DNA from: Gordius albopunctatus
Lineage: Eukaryota
Reading direction: 5' to 3'
DNA: 64,000 nt
Assembly: GCA_964276515.1 (NCBI GenBank)
Contig: OZ193909.1
Span: forward strand, 5,766,001 to 5,830,000
Positions 25,501 to 36,949 of this stretch are shown in pieces. The notes beneath the pieces are model-generated. The model was not told where the DNA came from, ran no database searches, and worked only from the letters and a program-made list of their open reading frames with translations. A program made the position numbers and the translations under genes. Each line of letters begins with the position of its first letter. Position 1 is the stretch's first letter.

Positions 25501-28500
25501 GAAAAAATGACCATTGGCCAAAGTGAGCATCAAAATTTTTTTTCCATTTTTTTGGCTATCATTGACTTATAGAGTATCTGTTGGTACTGACCAATGCAGA
25601 AGAAATGACCATTTGCCAAATTTTTGATTTTTTTAATTAAAAATTTTCAAATTCAACAAAAAATTTCTCCCAACAATTCTGCAAATTCTTAACATTGCGG
25701 TGTTTTATAATATAATGTTTGTTAGACCCATAATCACTAGAGGCCATAAAAACTAATGTAATATTTTTATTTATTCTCAAATGTGATATTTTGTTCATGA
25801 TTGTTTTTTGCGTGTGCTAGTGTTTAGGTTTTCAACATTAATATTCTTTCATATACATTTTTACACATTGAATTATTTATTTTAAAGATTACTATATTTT
25901 GTTTTTTTGTGTTCTTGCATAAAATTAGGTTTTGTCTTTCATTTATCTACATTATTAATTGTTTATTAAAATAGGGGTCGGGGCTAGTCGGAGAGGGGCT
26001 ATTGCTAGCCATTTTTCATTGCGTTTTACAAATGGCATGATAAAAAGAAAAAATAATCATATTACATTTGCATTTTCTACATTTTTTATAAATAAACAAT
26101 CTTTTTATTGATATGAGTTAGCCTACACTAAAAAAAGTGAAAACTTCAGAGTTAATTTATGGGCTATGACTAACCCCGGGCACTTTTAAAAAATTTAGGA
26201 TTTCCATTTTTTTTGAATTTATTTTGTGAAAAAGTTATTACTTATTTCCCTCCAAATTTTCTTCCTATATTAAAAATAGTCTTTAAAAATAGACAAGTAA
26301 AAATTTGTCTACCTAAATATAAATTAATACAACTGTTTCCCGTAGAATTTAACTAACCATAAAGCTTCCCCTTCGCTCCCCCCTTTATGATATTTGGCAT
26401 ATACACTTATTTAGTGCTTCACCTTCGTTTTGCAATATTCACGTAAGTATTTCCATAAATTGCATAGCAAATATGATACATTTATACGGAGTGTAGATGA
26501 GTTCCCCCTTCCTTCCCCTCCTCCCCTTCCCCCTTCCCACGAGGGCCGAAGGCCCGAGTTTGATTCATTCGTTTCGAAACCGTCACGTCTTTCACAACTT
26601 TCTCAATTGTTTTCGGGGTTCAAGCAATGTTAATCATTCAAAATTATGCTACCTTTACTAGTTTTCTAGAGACTTTTTAATTTTGAATTTAGCATCTTGG
26701 AGGGATCCGGACGTAGCGGAAGTAATAGAATACCTTACTAGCCCCGACACCACAATTAAAGCTAACGCAGCCGCTTACTTGCAGCATTTGTGCTACCACG
26801 ACGATCGGATGAAATCTATAGCCGGGTAAAAAGGGCTTTACTGTTATTCCATCGGATTCGGTCAATAATTCTGGCGTTCAGATTGCACTATTTATAGTTT
26901 GATTATGACCATTATGGTAACCGCTGAAGATGATCCAACGAAATACTACGAAAATTGTCTTATCTGAAGTCCGAGTGAATGTAGTTATTGCTAACAGTTT
27001 GCCTGAATTGTTTAGGCAGGACTTGGTTTTGGACGAAATTTGTATCGAATGAACCAACCCTTAGCTAGGTCAAGCCAAAATGCAACAACTAATTAAAACC
27101 TTTAGTCGAAGCATGCTTGCATCTTTTAAATTTCAAGAACTGAGGTATAAACCTCAATTTGGTTTATTTATTAGGAAAGTTTGGAAAATGTTGCGCCTTT
27201 GCTATTAATTGCGTCGCGTTACTAGAAATTTGTGGAGTTTTTAATGTGCTAATAATAATTTGCATCTTACGGATAGAAAATTGGGAGCGGTTCCTACCTT
27301 GATCGAAATGCTCAGCAGTAACATTCCCGAGGTTCAGAGGAACGCTTGTGGTGCTCTGCGCAACATGGCCTACGGTCGTGCCAACGAACAAAACAAGGTA
27401 TAAATTGGCCCGCTATTTCTATCTTCTACAAATTTTTATCGGCGCAGTAGAAAAACGTATTTTGTAAAAAGGACTGGATTTTGTTTGGGGTAGACCTCCT
27501 CCTTTGGTTCAATAAGACTAAGGATCGAGCCTGTTCTCTTTTTTGGATTCAGACTAAAACCACGTCTACCAAATAAAACCCATCCGCTTTTACACTTCAT
27601 TTAACGCAAGGATTTGACACTATGATCAATGAGTTGTAGGTAGAAAAAACAGTGAATTAATGGTGGCGCTTGAAATGAAAGAAATTTGTTGAAATAATTG
27701 GCAGGGCAGTAGCCATATCTGAACCAGGAATCTTTTTAAATTTCTAACTTAATTTTGTTATATCTATAAAAATTTTCAGGCTAAATTCATAATATAATAA
27801 TAGATGGCAATTTTTGTTTGAATATTGGCTTCGCGCCGCCCACTGGTTCCGAATTTTTTTACCTTTCATTCATACGCCAGATCAATTTTTTTAATTTTAA
27901 ATTCAGAAACTTATACTGGATTACAACGGAATACCTGCTTTGATATCTATTTTTAAACGTACCCCCGATGAAAATTTGAGAGAAGTCATTAGCGGACTGC
28001 TCTGGAATATGTCTTCTTACGAGGTAAATAAAATACCCTAACTGATTAAATGATCAAATAGTTTTTAGATGCTTTAATGATGTGTTTCAATACTTATTTT
28101 CGACTCATCAAATGAATATGTCTGTTTGTTTTTAGGCTAAATGAAACCAATGAAAAAAATGTGGTTAAAATATTCTGAAATTACGCAAATTACCATAGTT
28201 TTATAAAAATAACTTAGGAATCTATCTAACTTGACGATTGAAATTTCATACTACTAATTAAAAGACTAATTTAAGGACAATAACCATAATTTTATCCATA
28301 AATAATTTGAGTCTGTTTTATTTCAAAGTCCTCTTTAAATGTTTAATACATAAAAAGTATGCCCAAATTCGTTCACTTATCGATATTGAACCTCACGGCT
28401 TGTTTGCGATATTTTGTGGATTGCGGAGCCTTTATAATTTGCATATCTCGATTGATTGTTCAAAGTTTTTCTCGTTCTTAATATTGACTACTATATCCTC

Positions 28501-31500
28501 TTTTTCCTTGTTAAACATATTTGCCCCGCCACCCCACAGTAACTAACTTAACCCTATGGATGTTTATGTGGCAAGTTAATAATTTATTTTTTTATTTGTA
28601 GGATATCAAAAGGCCCCTGCTAGAAACGTGCCTCAAAACCTTTAACGAGTCCGTGATCGTGCCTCAGAGGGAAGTGTTTGAAGCGGATAAAGGCGATCTA
28701 CGTCCCGTCCCTTGGTCAACCATCTTTCGAAACGTCATGGGGATCATTAGGTGACATCGATGCCGTCAATTTATATTTCAAGATTTCATTGGGTTTTCTA
28801 AATAACCCAACGTAGCAGAATTTGAATTAATGATTTAGAAAGTGTCTATAAAGAATTTTTAGATTTTTATTTTTAAAAAAAAGATATAAATAAAATTAAG
28901 AGTTAGACTAGCATTTAGTGGCCTTTGAATGTTATCTCGGAATAGCTTAGCTCAGAGAGGGGAAAATATGTTTAACAATAACGTATTTTTGTGAAACACT
29001 TTTCTACAAATTAAAAAATTACGATTATATTTGTTAAGTTTAAGTCGTCGAAGCACTTGACATCTGACCTCACATAATTTTGTATTTGCATCTGTTTACT
29101 AAATGCAAAAAAATATGGCATAAGCGACGTAACATGGTTGCCTAAAAAATTGTAATCTAAAAAGAGCTCTCTATACCAAATAATATTTTTAAATAAATTG
29201 CCGTTATATTTTTGCCTTTAAGGTTCATAAGGCGATGAACCACGGGCAAGGTTTTTTCCTTTATGGCTCGATTTTTTAATTTAAATGTGTAAGTTGCCAT
29301 TCAAAGCCATTTAATAAGCCCTGGTAGAAGTATTATAATTACTGACGGCTTGACTGTGCTCATCCTATATAAAGTAAAGGTGCATAACTTAAAGGTCCCC
29401 ATATTTAATTTTCTTATTACCCTCAGATTGAGATGTCCTTTATTTTTCTCAAAAATGTCTTTACCATCTTATTTTATTGCATTTATCATAAACGAAGTTT
29501 TTTTGCGTTTTTTATATATATTTTAAAAGATTTCATTAAAACTGTCAAATAGAAATTGTAGTTCGGATGGAGTTTACGCGCGTAAGCTGTTGCGCGAGAC
29601 GCCTTCGTTCGTGCTTTCCCTCTTAGCCGTGGCGGAATCGGCTCTAGCCCGATCAGATTGCGACAACAAATCCATCGAAAATTGCTTGTGTACCCTGAGA
29701 AATCTTTCTTACCGCCTCCAAGAAACGGTTGAACCTGAATACGAATCCGAGGAAGGTGATTGCTCACACATTTTACCTCTTTGCCAAAGTTTTATATTGG
29801 AATTCAGCGTGATTTTGTTGATTCAGTTCGTACTTTTAACCCATCGACGCTCAGTTTATTACAGTGCCAATAGGATTAATACACTATCGTTAATTAAGCA
29901 CTCTCGGCTCCAGAACTTTCAGGAAATAACTAACATTCGTAATAACCATTACATTAGGTAATAGAGGCAACATGTGTCAAATGTAGTACTCCTTTCACAA
30001 ATTGTAAATACAGATTATAATTGCGAGATAAAAATAGCTATTTAACTTAGGACTTATTTGGTCTATATCTATCCCAAAATTTGAGCTTTAGTTTGAATAT
30101 AACCTCGGTTAATTAATTATCATTTAAAATAAAAGGATTTGATGCGACGTATATTACAATTAAGCTGTAAGAACCAAGCGCGGATTTGATTAATTTTTTA
30201 AATTTAGCTTTACCTACTCTAGCGCTGCGACAGGGAAGATTGGACCAGCACCCTAACAAAGAGTATAGCCCCAAAACGGGTATTAAAGGGGATAATGTAC
30301 CGGGCCCGGCTCGACCTGGTAACGAGACTCCAGCTTCTTCCACTAGCGGAGCTTCCACTTCTGATTACTCGACCTCTTCTTCTAACCTTAAAACACCCGC
30401 CGACGATATAGGTTAGCTCTTTATAAATGCAGGAAGACTTCGCCTTTGTTTGTTTCTATTCATCAAACTATTTCGTTTGAATTAAAAACCTTTTACTTTT
30501 TTGCCACTTTTAAAAGCTTACAAATTTTTCGTCAGAAGAGTTATAAGCAAAATTTAGGTATTTTTATAGGAACTTAGCATTTTTGGTCGAATAATTTCAT
30601 TTATTCCTTTCATGTAAAGCATGTGTTCAGTATGCGTAAGTTCAAAATGGGTATTTTCACCGGTTTAGATTTAGGACTATTTTCTTTCAATCTTTACAAC
30701 ACAAATTTTGTTTTTTTCCTACACTATTTAGCAAAAATAAAATTTCATGTAGTTTTTCTTTGTGCCACACTTAGGAGGGGGACGCTCTCACCAACAACAC
30801 ATCGGTTGTTTCGGAACAGCTACGCCCGGCAACGCTTTAAACAACAGAAACGCCCACACTCTTCAACGTGGTTCCGGCTCCAATTCGAAGGATAGTTCTG
30901 CCAGTAACGGCGCAGGCAGCAATTATAAAAACGGCCACAGAAAAACAGTCACCAACGACAACGCAAAACTGTCCACCGAAGCGCTACTTAAATCTCATCC
31001 AACCTACGGTCCGCTATGGGATCCCGTGATCGTGGTTAAACTTTATCTCGGCATTTTACGCGAATCTGCTAACCCGCTCACTTTGGAAGCGGCAGCCGGA
31101 GCACTGCAAAATTTAGCCGCCTGCTACTGGCAGGTAACAAATTGTTCTACTATAATATAATAGCAATCGTCGCGGTTGTCAAACTAGGATATTGTATTCT
31201 TAGTCATGAAAAGATGAGTCTCTATTTATCAATTTTTTTGGGGAGTTATAGACCTTAAATTGGGCTTTGAATGTCGTTGATCCGGATTAATCGGTATTTC
31301 TTTCAACCAAATTTTTACACCGGTCACTATGCTCTGCCTGCATGGATATCTTAGGGTCATCCTTATATATTTAGAATCACTTGAATTTTAATTCTTATCT
31401 TTTTTCAGCCATCCATCGATATCCGTACGGCAGTTAGGAAGGAGAAAGGCTTGCCTATCTTAGTTGAACTTATAAAGCTCGACAACGATAAAGTGGTGTG

Positions 31501-34296
31501 CGCCGTGGTGACTGCTCTGCGAAACTTATCCATCGACGTCCGCAATAAGGAATTAATCGGTAAGTTTGTTTATACCAAGTTCTCTTTAAATTATTCAACT
31601 TGTCATTTGATTTTAGCCTTAGCTCTTTTAGCGCCCTCAAAAACAACACTTTATTAATTATTTTTATTAACGCGTTTCTTATCGTCGTTCTCATTCGTGT
31701 TTTAGCCTCAATTTCGAGCGAGAATCTGGTTACGCATAAAATTGCTTATTATACAAAAATAGAAAAATTTTAGTCCGTTTGGTTTGAAATCATTATACAT
31801 AAATCCCATTTGAATTAAATAAATTATGAAGACAGAGTTTTTTAACTGCTGGTTTTTGGTTAAAATGTGCAGGCAAATACGCGATGAGAGAACTCGTATC
31901 TAAATTACCTAATCCACCGGCCCCTGGCTCAAAGGGCGGACCTCGTGCCTCTAATGTTTCCGATGAAACCATATGTGCCGTGTTGGCTGTACTTCATCAA
32001 GTCATATACGAAAATCCTGAATTCGCTCAGTAAAATAACTCATGATATCATTCTGCTATATCTACGATTCATTTCTATTAAGTAAAGAAAATTTAATATG
32101 AAATTTTTAAGGCGAATCTCTTAAACTTTGGCATAATCGTCAGAATTTCTTAGAATGGTTTTTACATAACATAAGCTATTAAAAAATTTATTTGTGATAA
32201 TGTTTTAGGTGAAAATTTTGTGATTGTCAGCCATTTATAACGCTAGGATAAATAAACCTAGAAATTTTATTCGCTCCCTTAGATCTTTGATGGAATCTCG
32301 AGGGGTAGAAAAACTGGTGCATATCTCACAACAATGTCAAATCCTCCATCCTTCCACTAACGCGCCCATAAATAAATCATCCAGATACGCTTCCCAGGTA
32401 ACCTCTTTACATAACTATGTACTTGTAACCTTGCACAACCATCTGTTCTTTTGTAACTTAATCGGATTTATTCTACTTAATAAACAAGTCATTTTCTACC
32501 AAGGTATTGGCTGTAATGTGGAAGCACAAAGAACTTCGCGAAGTTTACGCTAGGGCAGGTTGGAATGAAAGCGTTTTTGAGAATAGCTCCAACACACAGA
32601 AAAACATTGTCGAACAAAACGGGAATCACAGAGATAATCCTCTCACTAATAACGTTAAAAGTAAATTTGTAAAGTTTTTGTAAAAATTTCTAAAACAAAA
32701 AATGCCTTCAATTTCGAAAAATAAATTTGCACTAAATATTTTTTTTATAAATAGGTCGGGTTCATGCAAACGGAGGTCCGAGGGATGTTAGTACCTTGAT
32801 GAGACCGATAAGCTCCCAAGGACCGTCGGTAACACCCGATCGTACCCCGCTGCCCAACCAAAAGGGACCGTCGTCTCAAGCAGCCATATACCCGAACAAC
32901 AATGATGCGCGAGGATCAAATGCGCACCATTACGCCCACCATAGCAACATGGTAAAACAATTTGGTTTCCGGTTGACGGAAAATGAAAACTGCTTAAGGT
33001 TGTTATTCGAGTGAGATAGAAACTGCCTGAAATAGCCCCCTTGATACTAAGCAGTGTTGCTGATAAACATGGTTTTTAGCAGATTTCGTTTACCATTTAG
33101 CAGGCAACTGCTTAAGGTTGTTATTCGAGTGAGATAGAAACTGCCTGAAATAGCCCCCTTGATACTAAGCAGTGTTGCTGATAAACATGGTTTTTAGCAG
33201 ATTTCGTTTACCATTTAGCAGGCAGCATTGCATTTAATGCTAATTTTAAAAACGATTTAGTGCTAAAAATAAATTACACAGCAATTAATATTTAATTTTA
33301 AACAAATTTTGGGTCCCAACAACGGGAATAAATATATTGGATGCCAATAAAGCAGAAATTTAGTGATTTAAGTTCCTCTGCGATGGCGATAGGGTCATGG
33401 TTATAATGAGAAGGGGCAAAAAGGTAGATGATACTTGTAGAAAGGGATAAGCCATTTTGCCAAGGGGCTAGTGAGGAGCCATCAGGTCGTATCCCTCCAC
33501 CCAAAGGTTTATGGGCTCCAGGATTGACTGGACTGCCTTTGCTATTAAAAAATTGGCTTTGTTGCCCCGCATATTAAATTCATTTGCAAGGCATTGTACA
33601 GGGTGCCTGCCAAATTCATCTAATAAGGGAAGAACAATTAAGACACGGAATTTTCTTACTATAACTAATTCCCAACCTTAAAGCTATAGAATAAGATAGC
33701 TCAAAGTCGTCGAGCAGCATTCCCTAAACTAAAGTTTGCTGGGATAGGCTTAAAGCCACTCGTGACCAAAATCATCAAAGACGAGGGACCTAAGATTGTA
33801 AACTGGCTATCATCGCTCATCGATAAGAGGTAACCAACGGAGCGCGATATTAGGCCAGAATTCCAAACCTTCTCGTTCGAACTTTAAGGTTGAATGGTTT
33901 TGGGTGTTCATATTCCATAGCTTAAAGGCTTTAAAGATTTTAAACTTTCTCGTAACATCCTATGTGAAATGTACAATGGGATATGAGGGCCGTACATATC
34001 CCACCAGTTTTTACATTGCTATGTGAAGTGCTAAACGAATTATATCAATAAAGGCCTAATACTTATTTAATTTATTCTTCTTTCAGAATGGTAAACCAGT
34101 TGGTGGAGGGTATACATACGAGCCAATATATACGCAGGTGAATAAAAAGCCGCCTCAAGCAACGCCACAATATGGAAATGGTAATCATCATCACCATCAC
34201 AAGGACGTCCTCATGATTCCCATGGAAAAAATGGAAATTCGTGCCGACGGAAAATCATCTCGTTACGATCAATGCGCCTCCGATTCCTGGGTGTAA
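22570..34296 (+). CDS. p120-catenin / delta-catenin family, exons 7-22 (copy A, includes stop)
   Basis: Exons 22570-22699, 23149-23393, 26497-26628, 26693-26825, 27277-27397, 27907-28023, 28602-28750, 29553-29755 ([19 protein letters not shown]), 30208-30411, 30775-31133 ([18 protein letters not shown]), 31409-31559 ([29 protein letters not shown]), 31873-32029 ([12 protein letters not shown]), 32283-32397, 32504-32660 ([16 protein letters not shown]), 32755-32951, 34087-34296 ending DSWV*. All phases are compatible. Confidence 0.93.
23861..25703 (+). mobile_element. Copy of the Helentron/DINE-like element
   Basis: Offset +7618. Confidence 0.6.
24608..25523. repeat. ~105-bp tandem repeat (copy A)
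   Basis: Offset +7618. Confidence 0.95.
32988..33223. repeat. Perfect 2 x 118-bp tandem duplication in the last catenin intron
   Basis: AACTGCTTAAGG...TTTAGCAGGC at 32988-33105 and 33106-33223. Confidence 0.95.
33298..33800 (-). mobile_element. Degenerate 3' fragment of a CRE-like non-LTR retrotransposon (zinc knuckle plus restriction-like endonuclease)
   Basis: The minus strand, across frameshifts, reads [67 protein letters not shown]. This is the motif order I recall for CRE-clade RLE elements. Confidence 0.72.
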
Positions 34297-35252
34297 ACGC
34301 ACACCCTTTTTGTATCTATAAAGCACATTTAAATACTATTTTGAGTTACTTTAAATTGTCCGAACAATTAAAGCAACCATGTACACGTCTTGACATTATT
34401 GCGCGTTCCTTTTTCATTCATTTTTACTTATTAAAAAAATACCAAAGATCTTTTTGCACTCAAGATATTGCCTCTTTCCAGTATTTTATAGCACATGCAT
34501 TATTATTCTTACTTTAAAATCAAGTATGTCTTTAAATCATCTTGCAAGCAATACTTAATATTAATTATGAATACCGCCATACTTAAAAACTTCCATTTTT
34601 TTATATATCATCCCTACTTTTAATATTTTGTAAATAGAGGACTACACAAATCAGTTTGCTAGCTAGGTGTACAAAAAATAGTTTTGAACAAAACGTCTTT
34701 CCTTCCCTTTTTATACTTTTGATAAATTTCGTGCATTGTCACCAACATACACACAATTATTATAATACTTTTACCAATCTCTCGTACACGCTTATATATA
34801 TATATTAATATGAAACATTTAATACATTTTAGCAATTATGCATTTAAAGAAACAAGTTATCATCTTAATGCAGGATAAAAAAAGTAAATACGTTTAAACG
34901 TCATTATTACACCACCAGGTTTTTTTTATCTTGGCAATCATTCGATCATATCATGGTTAGACATTTGAAATTTTTATCGGTTAAAGATGATCACATAACT
35001 TAAAAAAATATATAATTAGTTCAAAATTTACAAAATAATTTACGTATATTGAGATGGAGGGATCATGCCTGAAAACGGTGTTATGAAATTTATATTGGTG
35101 ACGTGTTTTAACGGTAATAAATCAGCTAAGGGAGGAATGTATAAAAAAGGTAAATAAAATCTACCTTTATTTTAAAGTGGGATTTACACATAAAATCCAA
35201 ATTTCGCCATTGATTAATGAGTGAGAGGTGTTAGGGGTGAGCAATAATTAAT

Positions 35253-36059
35253 TCAGGAGTTAAAGATTGATTGAATCATATCGTCGGTTATTAGGATATT
35301 AATATCAGATTTTGAAGGCTCTTGATTGTTTTCCTGCTGCACCGATTTGGGAACAGGTGACGTGGTCTGTTCCTTCCTAAATTTTTCCCTCTGCATAGTA
35401 TCTATGGCGTGGATTAAATCGACGCGTTGTTCAAAGAATTGAACCAGCAGAGGCTCGGTTAGAATGGAAGCTAGGATTTGGTCAAACCTTACGATCCATG
35501 CTTTGTTATTATCGAATTGTTCAGCAGTTGATTCTTCTCGGTTTTCCTCAATATTTTCGAGTATGAGTGGAACCGATTTAAGTGCGGCCTCTTTAATTCG
35601 AGATTCTCCGATGTGAAGGATTAACGTTCCTACGGTAGCCACGCTGTGCAATAACTCGTCCTCGTTGGGCCCTTCAAAAAGATCGTATATCGCCCGCCAG
35701 AACAGGGAAAATGTTTCCTAAACCACCGTACAACAAATTACTATTTAAACTTTGTTAACATTTTTTTCACCAGAAACGTTTATTAAAATTCCTACCCAAC
35801 CCAATTGAAATTCCAAAGAAAAGCAACTTGGCCGTGTTAGTGACAAAAGGTTTATAATCAGACAATTTTAAAGGCGACAATATAACTTAAATACAATAGA
35901 TGATAATAATAAATTTTCAAATAATATAATTTTTATTTGTTAAAAATTTGATGGTATTATACATTCTAATAAATATGAGGCTAACTTGATCCATGGGTCT
36001 TATTTTGGCAGGCGAGGTATTCACGATATCGGCTAAAGCTTGTTCTTTTTTACTTCTCA
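35253..36059 (-). pseudogene. 3' fragment of a TBC1D8/TBC1D9-like Rab GAP gene (terminal exon plus part of the penultimate exon), cut by the duplication junction
   Basis: Minus-strand exons about 36059-35986 (..SPAKIRPMDQ, donor GTTAG) and 35717-35253 (ETFSLFWRAIYDLFEGPNEDELLHSVATVGTLILHIGE..WIVRFDQILASILTEPLLVQFFE). This resembles, from recall, the TBC1D8/9 C-terminus (LYHA.A.V..LLL.IGE; ITFEQFLAS.LTEP.LV.YF). No upstream exons are present. Confidence 0.78.
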
Positions 36060-36949
36060 TTGGCATGCTATAATTCAAAAATTTGATATAATTAAACATT
36101 AAAAACATGCAATTACTATATAATGATGATACAGAAAAAATAGATGTCTGAAAACCTGTATAAAAAGTTTTTGCAATTTACTAAAAAATACTGAATATAG
36201 CCCAAGCCCCACAAAATTTTTAATAACTATAAAAATAATCAATATTCATAATCAGATTAATGTAATATAAAATATACCTGCATAAATTACTATTTTTGAA
36301 TCATAAAATTATTTAAATAAATTTAAAGTATGTCATAAATTTTTCTGACATTTATATATAATTAATAAATATGTCGAAAATTATTTAAGCAAAACACATA
36401 AAATTTTCAAAAAAGTCTTTGCTAAATAATTAAAATACTGAAATAAATATTATCAAAGGACAATAAAGATTCAAAATAAAATTTTTTAACATACCGTTTT
36501 TAATAAATTATGTACGAATATCCATTAAATTTGAAATTGTTATGGAAATTAATTTGTATGTATGTATTAATTTTAGGAATAGGAAATAAATAATGACTAC
36601 ACAATCGCAACTAGTAATCTAAAATTTAGATTTAATTTTACCAAAATAATTTAAATTTATGTGTAAATTCCTAATATAAGCCTCTGTATTTATTTGAGTT
36701 AAGTTCAAACAGGGGGGGGGGGGCAAAACATTATTTTTAATGGTTTTTGTATTGAAATTTTTCTTTTTTTCTAAATTAGGGGGGGGGGGGCTCTAAATCC
36801 AAATTTATTGGAATTTATTTAATATATGGGTAAAATCTTAAAAAATGTTTATTTTGCCCCTCTCTTAATCATCATAGCCACCTCTAATTCCAAATTCATA
36901 ATCTCATCTTAGAATTTTTTATTAATTTCTAATTTATTTTGTTGTACAG

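Larger units (their letters stand above)
22018..36059 (+). repeat. Partial tandem unit (copy A), begins at the gap
   Basis: Matches 39769-53810; the only difference I noticed is G32894 vs A50645. Confidence 0.93.

Noticed and set aside
22018..29435. Genuine internal duplication of exons 7-13
   Set aside because: Bounded exactly by an assembly gap with no sequenced junction.
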